A stretch of 20,268 nucleotides of DNA from Promethearchaeota archaeon (GTDB lineage: Archaea; Asgardarchaeota; Lokiarchaeia; Sigyniarchaeales; SOKP01), in assembly GCA_016839745.1 (NCBI GenBank), contig JAEOTS010000030.1, positions 1-20,268 on the forward strand, read 5' to 3'. The translations under genes were made by a program, and so were the position numbers. The notes under the pieces were generated by a model. That model saw nothing but the letters and a program-made list of their open reading frames with translations. It was not told the DNA's origin and ran no database searches. Below are positions 1 to 7,540 of this stretch, piece by piece. Positions within the stretch are counted from its first letter, which is position 1. Every line of letters begins with the position of its first letter.

Positions 1-151
1 GATAGAGATTAAGATGCTCGTCAAATCCCATAAGCATACCTCTAAACAACCGATTTCGCTTAACTTTTATCAGTATGATCTTATTAATAGAATTCTTCAA
101 ATAATCTATAGGTCTGTTAGGTCTACCCTGTTGGTAATTTCTCCTTTCCAT
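1..151 (-). CDS. Sm-like archaeal protein (SmAP/LSm), 5' portion; runs off the window edge
   Basis: Not in the ORF track. Manual translation from ATG at 151: MERRNYQQGRPNRPIDYLKNSINKIILIKVKRNRLFRGMLMGFDEHLNLY... This matches the Sm1 motif (RPxDxL...G.L.GFD.HLNL). Confidence 0.9.
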   Translation of the reverse strand, partial: MERRNYQQGRPNRPIDYLKNSINKIILIKVKRNRLFRGMLMGFDEHLNLY

Positions 152-327
152 TTCTCTTAACACTAAAAAAAAATATTTCAAAAAAATCTAATATAATAAT
201 TTAAATTGAAGTTCAGAATTAAAACCTTTTGTTTATTTATTCTAACATACTTAAAAAGATCACAGTATTATCTGTAATTTTTTATTTTATTGTGTTTTTA
301 AGATCATAGTATCTACTTTTTTATCAA

Positions 328-450
328 AGGCTCGTGGCGAAGCATGGATATCGCAGCTGCCTCCTACATAACATAATTGGAGAAAGCAGAAGATCGGGGG
401 TTCAATATAATACGCACTTCGCGCTTCTTGAACAAATCCCCTCGGGCCTG
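328..450 (+). tRNA. tRNA-Arg(CCT) with two introns (367-384 at position 37/38; 406-435 at position 58/59 in the T-loop)
   Basis: Acceptor stem AGGCTCG(328-334)/CGGGCCT(443-449) with discriminator G450. D-arm GCGA-AGCATGGATA-TCGC carries the Arg identity base A20. The spliced anticodon arm is GCTGC-CT-CCT-AA-GCAGA and the spliced T-arm is GGGGG-TTCAAAT-CCCCT. BHB central helices are CTCC/GGAG and GTTC/GAAC. CCA is not encoded. Confidence 0.9.
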
Positions 451-494
451 CTTATTTTATAATTTCGAGTGCTAATCCCCTTTTGACAAGTATG

Positions 495-529
495 TCGTTT
501 GGGTTACACATTATTTCGTTTGGTTTACA
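495..529 (+). repeat. Tandem direct repeat TCGTTTGG(G/T)TTACA x2, 21-bp period, upstream of aor
   Basis: 495-508 TCGTTTGGGTTACA and 516-529 TCGTTTGGTTTACA are 13/14 identical. Confidence 0.7.
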
Positions 530-553
530 TTTACATAACGTAAATTTATATAA
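528..553 (+). promoter_or_regulatory. Putative aor promoter: palindrome TTTAC-N5-GTAAA (530-544) abutting TATA box TTTATATAA (545-553)
   Basis: Archaeal TATA consensus about 45 nt upstream of the aor start. A near-identical palindrome occurs upstream of thiC. Confidence 0.55.
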
Positions 554-597
554 TCTTCTATCACATATATTAAATGCCTAAAAATAGAGGTGAAATT

Positions 598-2334
598 ATG
601 TCAAAAAGAATATTAAGAGTAGATATGACGAAACTTGAAGCGAAATTTGAAGATTTACCAGCAGATTTCGTAGCTCTAGGTGGACGCGCTCTTACATCTA
701 CAATTGTTGCGAAGGAAGTTGATCCACTTTGCCATCCATTAGGTCCAAATAATAAACTCGTATTTGCTCCTGGTTTGGTGACTGGCACAAAAGCTCCAAC
801 ATCGGGAAGGATTTCGGTCGGAGCGAAGTCTCCTTTAACAGGGGGCATTAAAGAGGCAAACGCTGGAACAAATTTCTCTCAAAAATTAGGGAGAATGAGA
901 ATAGCAGCGATTGTAATCGAAGGAAAACACGCTGGAGACGATTATTATCTATTAAAAATAACAATGGATAGCGCTGAATTCATAAATGCCAACAAGTGGT
1001 TAAACAGAGGACTCTATGATGTTTATAAAGATTTGTTTAATGAATTTGGAGATAAAGTTGGCGTTTGTGGAGTTGGTATAGCTTCTGAAATAATGGGAGC
1101 TGCTTCGGGGATATGTTTCAACGACCCTGAAGGATTACCTAGTCGATACGCAGGACGAGGCGGACTTGGGGCTGTTATGGCCTCAAAAGGATTAAAATTT
1201 ATGATAGTTGACGAAACTGGAGCACCAGGTGTAGAAATCCTGAACCAAGAAGCCTTTGATATGGGTGTTAGAAAGCTTCGAGATGCTTTAACGAGTCACG
1301 ATGTAACTAAGCCGGGTGGGGGTCTTAACTCGTTCGGTACAAGTGTACTTGTTAATATTATAAATGAGGCTGGCGGTTTACCACAACGTAATTTTTCAGC
1401 AGGTCAGGATGATAGATCAGAAAAAGTGTCTGGAGAAGTAAAGGCAGAAGAAATTAAGAAGCGAGGAGGCGTCCGTCCTCATTTCTGTAGTCCAGGATGT
1501 ATAATCCAATGTTCGGAAGTGTGGACAAAACCAGGTGGAGCGGACCCAGTTGGGGTATTAGAATACGAAAGTGTATGGGCGTTAGGTCCAAATTGTGGAA
1601 TTTATGATTTAGATGTCATTGGAGAATTAAATAGAGCGTGTAACGATTTAGGTTTGGATACAATTGAGGCAGGAGATTTGCTTGGAGTAGCAATGGAGGG
1701 TGGGTTAACTGAATTTGGAAATGGTGAAGGAGCCTTAAAATTAATGGAAGAAGTTAAGAATAAAACTCCTTTGGGTAGAATTTTAGCTAATGGTACCGCA
1801 TATGTAGGCAAAGCATTTGGAGTAACCAGAGTTCCTGTTGTTAAAGGACAGGGTTTACCAGCATATGATCCACGAGCAATAAAAGGAATAGGAGTGACTT
1901 ACGCAACAACACCGATGGGAGCAGATCACACAGCGGGATATGCCATTGCTACTGAAATTATGGGAGTTGGTGGAACAGCAGATCCTAAAGACACTAAGAA
2001 AGCAGAATTATCGCGAAACTTACAAGTTGCTACTGCTGCCGTTGATGCTACAGGATATTGTCTTTTCATTGCTTTTGCTGTATTGGATATTCCTGAAGGC
2101 TTAGAGGGTGTCGTTGACACTTTAAATGGGGTTTTAGGAACGAGTCTTACGGTAGCAGATGTCCCGGGTTACGGATTGCAAATCATAAAAACGGAAAGAG
2201 AATTTAATAAGGCAGCAGGTTTTAATGAAAAACACGATAGACTACCAGAATTTTTTCTAAAGGAGCCATTACCACCTCACAATGAAGTTTTTGGTGTTAC
2301 TGACGAGGAATTAGACAAAGTTTGGGGCGAATAA
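598..2334 (+). CDS. aor: Tungsten-containing aldehyde:ferredoxin oxidoreductase (AOR family)
   Basis: AOR motifs KSPLTGGIKEANAG, AGRGGLGAVMASKGLK, Fe-S Cys motif CSPGCIIQC, EYE, CNDLGLDTI, VKGQGLPAYDPR, GADH and D..GYC. The start is placed at ATG598 because of the SD GAGGTGA at 587-593; ATG574 is an alternative, possibly leaderless, start. Confidence 0.93.
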   Translation: MSKRILRVDMTKLEAKFEDLPADFVALGGRALTSTIVAKEVDPLCHPLGPNNKLVFAPGLVTGTKAPTSGRISVGAKSPLTGGIKEANAGTNFSQKLGRMRIAAIVIEGKHAGDDYYLLKITMDSAEFINANKWLNRGLYDVYKDLFNEFGDKVGVCGVGIASEIMGAASGICFNDPEGLPSRYAGRGGLGAVMASKGLKFMIVDETGAPGVEILNQEAFDMGVRKLRDALTSHDVTKPGGGLNSFGTSVLVNIINEAGGLPQRNFSAGQDDRSEKVSGEVKAEEIKKRGGVRPHFCSPGCIIQCSEVWTKPGGADPVGVLEYESVWALGPNCGIYDLDVIGELNRACNDLGLDTIEAGDLLGVAMEGGLTEFGNGEGALKLMEEVKNKTPLGRILANGTAYVGKAFGVTRVPVVKGQGLPAYDPRAIKGIGVTYATTPMGADHTAGYAIATEIMGVGGTADPKDTKKAELSRNLQVATAAVDATGYCLFIAFAVLDIPEGLEGVVDTLNGVLGTSLTVADVPGYGLQIIKTEREFNKAAGFNEKHDRLPEFFLKEPLPPHNEVFGVTDEELDKVWGE

Positions 2335-2342
2335 CTTAAAAT

Positions 2343-2630
2343 ATGACTATCTTAGTGAAAATTTTTGGAGACTTACGAAAAAAAATTAAGGGATCTAATG
2401 TTACAAATTCCTTACCCTTAAATATGCATATTGAAAGCAATGAAATCGTAACTATCGCTGATATTTTAGATAAATTTGCAATTGAAAAAGAGGAAACCAG
2501 CCACCTTTTTGTGAATGGGACTTATTCGGGATTTAATAAGAAAGTAAAAGACGGTGATAGAGTTGGCTTATTTCCAAAGAATATGTCTCTATTATACAAA
2601 TGGTACTTTACAAAAAATGAAGATGATTGA
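2343..2630 (+). CDS. MoaD/ThiS/SAMP-like beta-grasp protein lacking the C-terminal Gly-Gly
   Basis: VKIFGDLR...TIADILD...LFVNG...VKDGDRVGLFP is a typical MoaD pattern, but the protein ends KNMSLLYKWYFTKNEDD. It lies 8 bp after aor. Confidence 0.8.
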   Translation: MTILVKIFGDLRKKIKGSNVTNSLPLNMHIESNEIVTIADILDKFAIEKEETSHLFVNGTYSGFNKKVKDGDRVGLFPKNMSLLYKWYFTKNEDD

Positions 2631-2868
2631 GCAAGACGAGATTACTACGACTGTGAAATTTTTCGCTAATTTAAGGAGTATTGCCCCACCAAAGAAAGTA
2701 ATTACCTTGGCTTTAGGAAGTACAGTAAGCACAATATTAGATATGTTTAACATTCCAAAAGAATCAAAATTGATAATTCTAATAAATGGCATCCCACATC
2801 AAAAGAAAGACACAGTAATCAAAAATGGTGATATCGTAGCGATTTTCCCTCCACTTGCAGGAGGATAA
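2623..2868 (+). CDS. MoaD/ThiS/SAMP-family ubiquitin-like sulfur carrier
   Basis: VKFFANLR...TVSTILD...ILING...IKNGDIVAIFPPLAGG ends in C-terminal GG. The likely start ATG2623 overlaps the upstream stop (ATGATTGA) and is preferred over the ORF-track start at 2554. Confidence 0.88.
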   Translation: MIEQDEITTTVKFFANLRSIAPPKKVITLALGSTVSTILDMFNIPKESKLIILINGIPHQKKDTVIKNGDIVAIFPPLAGG

Positions 2869-2883
2869 TGAAAATTTAAAAAT

Positions 2884-2918
2884 TATTTATTTTTTTTCTT
2901 TACTTTTTTTTTATTTCT
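2884..2918 (+). terminator. Oligo-T tract terminator after the aor-moaD operon
   Basis: Long T runs (TTTTTTTTTCTTTACTTTTTTTTT) immediately after the stop, typical of archaeal intrinsic termination. Confidence 0.5.
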
Positions 2919-2999
2919 TGAATTTTAACCAATTTTCAGTTTGATAATTCTTCATAAATCATTTAGAGCTACGAAAAGGAAGAATACAAAAGGAATAAA

Positions 3000-4190
3000 T
3001 TAAAGGTATTCGCTTTTAACTCTTGTAAACGCAGTGAGTATCAATATCATAACTCCAATTATTATAAACATTATAAATAGGTTCCATTCTACAATTAGCC
3101 CAACGAATGGATATAAAATAGCCATCGAAATGCTTCCAAACATGTTTATTGTGCTAAGAACGGTAGCTCTATTTTCAGATTCAATTTGTTTATTAATTCC
3201 ATTTATGTATATAAGCCCTCGGGTATATCCAAAACTAACAATTAGAAAAAGCATTAAAATACCGATAATAGGAAGAACAGCAAAACCTAATATAATATAA
3301 GCAATTCCGTTGATGACATTAATTGTAATTAACATATTCTTTTTGTTATTAACTTTTTTCAGGAATCTGGGAATTAACTCATTAAAAATTGCGTTAAATA
3401 CATTCATTGCTGCTAGAATAAACCCAAACAATACTATAGGGAGGTTGACAGCAGTTAGATATGGCTGATAGGTCCAAAATAGGAGGTGTATAAAAATTTG
3501 TACGAGTAGCCTATCAAAACAAAGGATTCGTAAGATTTTATTTTTTCTTAGTTCTTTAAAACCATCCTTTAAAATTGTGAGGTATCTTTTAGTTTTTTCT
3601 TCTTGCTTAAATATCGGTTCTTTAAAAGTAAGTGATGTGATAAAAGAACCAATATAAATCAATCCTAAACAAGTCATCGTAAACTGTAAAGAGACAAATT
3701 CGGCAATTATAGAGCCTAAAGGTGCAGATATAACATTTGCGATTAAATGTAATAAATGAGTTCTCCCTAAAACCTTTGTTAATTTTTCTTCTTCACCTGT
3801 TGTTTTTAAGGTGCTATAGATAAACGCTTCGTCGGTTCCTGAATGAAGAGCTATACTAAAAGCCCAAAATGTTTCGGCTAAGAAGAATAGAAAGATATTT
3901 GGATAAATACTATAAGTAAATGCCGCTGCAATAACAAATATTGCAGATAACACTAAGGCTGTTTTCCTACTCAAATAATCGGCGATTGCCCCTGAGGGAA
4001 TTTCTAAAATAAAAATCATAAACATAAAATAACTCTGTAGGAGCATCATTTCAAAAAAGGTTAAACCGCCCCATACGGTCATATATGGAAAGTAAACGCC
4101 CCGAACTGTGTGAATCCCAAAAATGAATATGAACAAATAGAACTTCCTAATATTTCCAGAGAACTTGCTAGTATTTTCTTCTTGAGTCAC
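3000..4190 (-). CDS. MFS transporter
   Basis: About 12 hydrophobic segments; motif LEIPSGAIADYLSRK; SGTDEAFIY; ENRATVLS. GTG start. Confidence 0.9.
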   Translation of the reverse strand: MTQEENTSKFSGNIRKFYLFIFIFGIHTVRGVYFPYMTVWGGLTFFEMMLLQSYFMFMIFILEIPSGAIADYLSRKTALVLSAIFVIAAAFTYSIYPNIFLFFLAETFWAFSIALHSGTDEAFIYSTLKTTGEEEKLTKVLGRTHLLHLIANVISAPLGSIIAEFVSLQFTMTCLGLIYIGSFITSLTFKEPIFKQEEKTKRYLTILKDGFKELRKNKILRILCFDRLLVQIFIHLLFWTYQPYLTAVNLPIVLFGFILAAMNVFNAIFNELIPRFLKKVNNKKNMLITINVINGIAYIILGFAVLPIIGILMLFLIVSFGYTRGLIYINGINKQIESENRATVLSTINMFGSISMAILYPFVGLIVEWNLFIMFIIIGVMILILTAFTRVKSEYL

Positions 4191-4350
4191 TTGATATCAC
4201 TCTTATAAAATTAACCAGAATCCATTTGTTATTAATTTAATGATTACAGAGTTCGAGATGGTTCGAACTTAGTTTTTTATAGAATTTAGTTTAAATAATT
4301 TTATACAAAAAAATAAAAAAAAAGAATATTATAAAAATTGAGTTTTAATT

Positions 4351-4563
4351 CTACATTAATTTCATTGCCAGAGCCATATCATTATCAGTTAATTTCTTCC
4401 TACCAGCGTGTCGAGTCATTTCGAGAGCTTTGTTTGTTACGCCTTTAGCGACTTTTTCAAGATAGTCGATTAATGCGTCAACAGCTTCACGAGCGACCAT
4501 TTCAGCGCCGTTATCTTTCATTAACTTTCTAACGGGTGACCAGGCAAATACTTTTTTAGCCAT
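4351..4563 (-). CDS. Archaeal histone (histone fold, Asgard/Loki-like)
   Basis: 70 aa, FAWSPVRKLMKDNGAEMVAREAV...ALEMTRHAGRKKLTDNDMALA, an HMf-like fold with the HAGRK...D motif. Strong SD GGAGG upstream. Confidence 0.92.
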   Translation of the reverse strand: MAKKVFAWSPVRKLMKDNGAEMVAREAVDALIDYLEKVAKGVTNKALEMTRHAGRKKLTDNDMALAMKLM

Positions 4564-4970
4564 TATTTTATTCCTCCACTTTTAATTTTTACTTATTTTT
4601 TTATAAAGTCCATATATTTTACTTTGAACTTTATTATATTATATATCTTCTTTCAAATATTTAAAAGTTGTTGAAATTTTTCGATAGGATATGTTTCGGT
4701 TAATAAAATCACCCTTATCGACAAAATTGCGATGTAAGAGAAGAAATGCGATAAAGGTGCTACTGAGCGCTTAGATGAGAGATTTTTTTTTATTTTTAAT
4801 TTTAGATACGATACTACTAAATTCATCATAATATTAAACTAGATTTGAAATTACGGATTTCTTGTTAAAGATTTCTAAAAAGGATCTATTTATTAGCTAT
4901 ATAAATAAATAAAGATTAAATAAAATTGTTGAATAGAATAAGAAATAAAGAATAATAAAAAAACTTAAGA

Positions 4971-5525
4971 TTAAACCTCAATCTTTTTTCTAACTGGTTC
5001 AGGTGGTTTTATTTTAGGAATTTTGATTGTTAGCATCCCTTTCTCTAAGTTTGCTTCGATACTATCCTCGTCTATGTACTCTGGTAAATTAAAAGCTCTA
5101 TAGTATTTGGAAGAACGAAACTCTCGTCTAACTGATTCTCCTTCTACTTCTTCGCTTTTTTCTTCCTTACTTTCACCTTTAATTTCTAACTTTCCATCTT
5201 GAATTGTGAGTTCAATATCACCCTTGTTAATTCCAGGTAGCTCTGCTGTGATGTTAAACTGATCTTCTGTTTCATGGATATTTGTTAAAGGGGTTCGAAA
5301 GATAGGTTCGATATCGCGGATTACTAAGTCAAAAGGGTTGTGTCGCCTTCGGTTAAAGGGCCATATAAAGTTATCAAAAACATCATCAAACCAACGATCC
5401 ATTTCTTGAAATAAGGAAAATGGACTTTCACGTCTCACGGTTATTTCCCTTGTTTTTTTATCGTCCTTTATTTCTTCTGGTGCTTCTTCTTTACTTTTAA
5501 TCTCGATTTCTTCTTTATCTGACAT
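4971..5525 (-). CDS. Small heat shock protein (Hsp20/alpha-crystallin family)
   Basis: PF.LF.EMDRWFDD N-terminal region; alpha-crystallin domain (ITAELPGINKGDI...YYRAFNLP...A.LEKGMLTIKIPK); C-terminal IxV motif (KIEV). SD GGAGG. Confidence 0.95.
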   Translation of the reverse strand: MSDKEEIEIKSKEEAPEEIKDDKKTREITVRRESPFSLFQEMDRWFDDVFDNFIWPFNRRRHNPFDLVIRDIEPIFRTPLTNIHETEDQFNITAELPGINKGDIELTIQDGKLEIKGESKEEKSEEVEGESVRREFRSSKYYRAFNLPEYIDEDSIEANLEKGMLTIKIPKIKPPEPVRKKIEV

Positions 5526-5570
5526 ACATTCTACCTCCTTTTTTTTTTTTTTTTTTTGTTAATTTCGTGA

Positions 5571-5632
5571 TGTCAACTTGTGGTTGACAACATCCATGTT
5601 ACATAAAATGAAATAAATATATAAATGTTTCG
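5571..5632 (-). promoter_or_regulatory. Hsp20 promoter (BRE CGAAACA plus TATA TTTATATA, 5632-5618) with downstream inverted repeat TGTCAAC-N5-GTTGACA (5571-5589)
   Basis: Canonical BRE-TATA arrangement on the minus strand. A perfect 7-bp inverted repeat lies between the predicted TSS (~5595) and the SD. Confidence 0.55.
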
Positions 5633-5733
5633 ATCGGTTAAATCCCATAGAAATATCACTAAACACTGTGAAATACAGATTTTTGAAAATTTCACTATGA
5701 AGAAAATATCAGAAAAAAGGGAATTTAATGCTT

Positions 5734-6306
5734 TTAAACTAAAGGTTTTCGCATCAGTAAAAAATGCTCGTCCTCTGTTACAACTGAGAAACCTTCAGAA
5801 GAAAACAAAGAAACTGGACCGTGATAGCTGTGAGCATCTGATAGCTCACCCTTTCTAGGATAAGCCTCAATCCAAGAGAAGCCTTGTTCTTTTAGGGTTT
5901 TTGTAGCGTGATTTAAGAGTTTTCGTGCGACACCTTTTTTTCTGTAAGCAGGGGCTATTAGAAAACACACTACCGAAGCTATCTTTTCTTTTAGATTATC
6001 TTCAGGCTCACTAACAATAGGGGTTTTTTCATATATCTCTTTAAAATTGACATTGCACCATCCTACGGGTTCATTATTTACGAAAGCTAGAAGCCCCGTC
6101 ATTAATTTCTCCTTGATTAAATTTATCGTTGCATTACGATTGTGTTCTTTTGTACATTTTTCCCACTGTTCCATGTTCCCAGCAAAATGATAAAAATGAC
6201 AGTAGCATCCTCCCCACTTAGGGTTGTCAGAAAAGGCGATAATATCAAAAAAATGTAAGAAATCCTCAAGTAAATCAGGCGTTAGTTCTTTGATGATTAA
6301 TTCCAA
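5734..6306 (-). CDS. GNAT family N-acetyltransferase
   Basis: Motif A CFLIAPAYRKKGVARKLL; PVGWC; IEAYP; N-terminal CYC. TTG start with GGAG upstream. Confidence 0.85.
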   Translation of the reverse strand: MELIIKELTPDLLEDFLHFFDIIAFSDNPKWGGCYCHFYHFAGNMEQWEKCTKEHNRNATINLIKEKLMTGLLAFVNNEPVGWCNVNFKEIYEKTPIVSEPEDNLKEKIASVVCFLIAPAYRKKGVARKLLNHATKTLKEQGFSWIEAYPRKGELSDAHSYHGPVSLFSSEGFSVVTEDEHFLLMRKPLV

Positions 6307-6468
6307 TTCCTTTTTGCTCCTTATTATTTATATCAAAAAAACTATCAGCTGGTGACAACATAATTACTACTCTTAAAAATAAGTTTAAACAAGAAGAATT
6401 AAGAATAATATTTAAATCTTCTATTCTAAATATTAAGTAAATTTCTAAAAATAGAGTGTGTATTTAGT

Positions 6469-7533
6469 ATGAAGAAAACAATAGCAATCACTCGTGGTGA
6501 TGGATGCGGTCCAGAAGTTGTGAATGAGGCAGTTAATATCCTTAAAATCGTTTCAGATTTTACTGAATTTGATTTTGAATTTATAGAGGCCCCAGCGGGG
6601 GGTGAAGTGTGGAAAAAATATGGTACTAACCTTCCTGAACAATCGTTTGAAACAATAAAAAAGTCTGATGCTCTACTATTTGGTGCTATTGGTTTACCTG
6701 ATTTAAAGCCTGGGATAGCAGAAAGTGCTATCTTGAAGATTCGACAAGGTTTGGATTTATATGTAAATTTACGACCTATAAAATTATATCAAGTTCTCCG
6801 CGAGATCTGTCCTTTAAAAGACGAGTTTATAGGAGACGGAATAGATATTACGTTTGTACGAGAAAACACGGAAGGACTCTATAAAAATATAGGTAAGTTG
6901 GAAGAAAATTCTGCCGAGAATCTAATGCTTTACACAAGAGAAGGTTGTGAGCGAATAATAAAGTTTGCCTTTGAGTTTGCTAAAAGAAAGGGGCACAATA
7001 AAGTCACCTCCGTTGATAAAGCAAATATTCTGAAGCCAAGCCAATTATGGAGAAGTATATTTCACGAGATGAGTAAAAGCTATTCAAAAATAGAAATAGA
7101 AGATATTTACATTGACGCATTTTGCCAATGGCTCATTCGGGCACCTTTTAAATTTCAAACTGTTGTAACTGGTAATATGTTTGGTGACATAATAAGTGAC
7201 GAAGCAGCATTCTTAATTGGGAGCCTAGGAATGGCTTCAAGTGGCAACATTCATCCCGGTAAGGTTTCTATGTATGAACCAATTCATGGTTCAGCACCAG
7301 ATATTGCTGGAAAAGGGATTGCTAATCCCATAGGTACCATTTTAAGCGTAAAATTGATGATGGAAGAATCGTTTAATTCACTCGAAATAGGAAATGAAAT
7401 CGATCACGCAGTAGAAGCGGCATTGCAAGAAGGAAGGACCGTAGACATAAGAAGTAACAGTTTAAAAACGCTCTCAACCATAGAAATGGGAGATTTAATC
7501 GCAAGTAAATTAAAAAGAAGATTAAAAGCTTAA
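6469..7533 (+). CDS. leuB: 3-isopropylmalate dehydrogenase
   Basis: GDGCGPEV, ESAILKIRQGLDLYVNLRP (IPMDH-type), RENTEGLY, VDKANIL, NMFGDIISD and EPIHGSAPDIAGKGIANP. Confidence 0.85.
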   Translation: MKKTIAITRGDGCGPEVVNEAVNILKIVSDFTEFDFEFIEAPAGGEVWKKYGTNLPEQSFETIKKSDALLFGAIGLPDLKPGIAESAILKIRQGLDLYVNLRPIKLYQVLREICPLKDEFIGDGIDITFVRENTEGLYKNIGKLEENSAENLMLYTREGCERIIKFAFEFAKRKGHNKVTSVDKANILKPSQLWRSIFHEMSKSYSKIEIEDIYIDAFCQWLIRAPFKFQTVVTGNMFGDIISDEAAFLIGSLGMASSGNIHPGKVSMYEPIHGSAPDIAGKGIANPIGTILSVKLMMEESFNSLEIGNEIDHAVEAALQEGRTVDIRSNSLKTLSTIEMGDLIASKLKRRLKA

Positions 7534-7540
7534 ATAATAA

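Noticed and set aside
467-475. GAGTGCTAA, an exact right half of the CIRCE heat-shock element
   Set aside because: The left half TTAGCACTC is absent at the required spacing, and the downstream gene is not a chaperone.
2554-2622. ORF-track N-terminal extension of the second MoaD-like protein
   Set aside because: It overlaps the upstream gene by more than 70 bp and is not MoaD-like. The coupled ATG at 2623 gives a normal-sized 81-aa protein.
2628-2669. TGA stop of the GG-less MoaD-like gene as a possible selenocysteine codon
   Set aside because: Read-through gives only 12 more unremarkable residues before TAA, with no GG, no Cys-equivalent context and no evident SECIS.
4725-4770. Possible box C/D sRNA (CTGA at 4763-4766)
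   Set aside because: No convincing box C (RUGAUGA) at a suitable distance.
5668-5695. Inverted repeat GTGAAAT-N14-ATTTCAC upstream of the hsp20 TATA box
   Set aside because: AT-rich 7-mer arms with a long spacer are plausible by chance in this composition, and I found no second occurrence.
5625-5858. 77-aa plus-strand ORF
   Set aside because: It overlaps the hsp20 promoter and the GNAT 3' end antisense, with no SD or recognisable motif.
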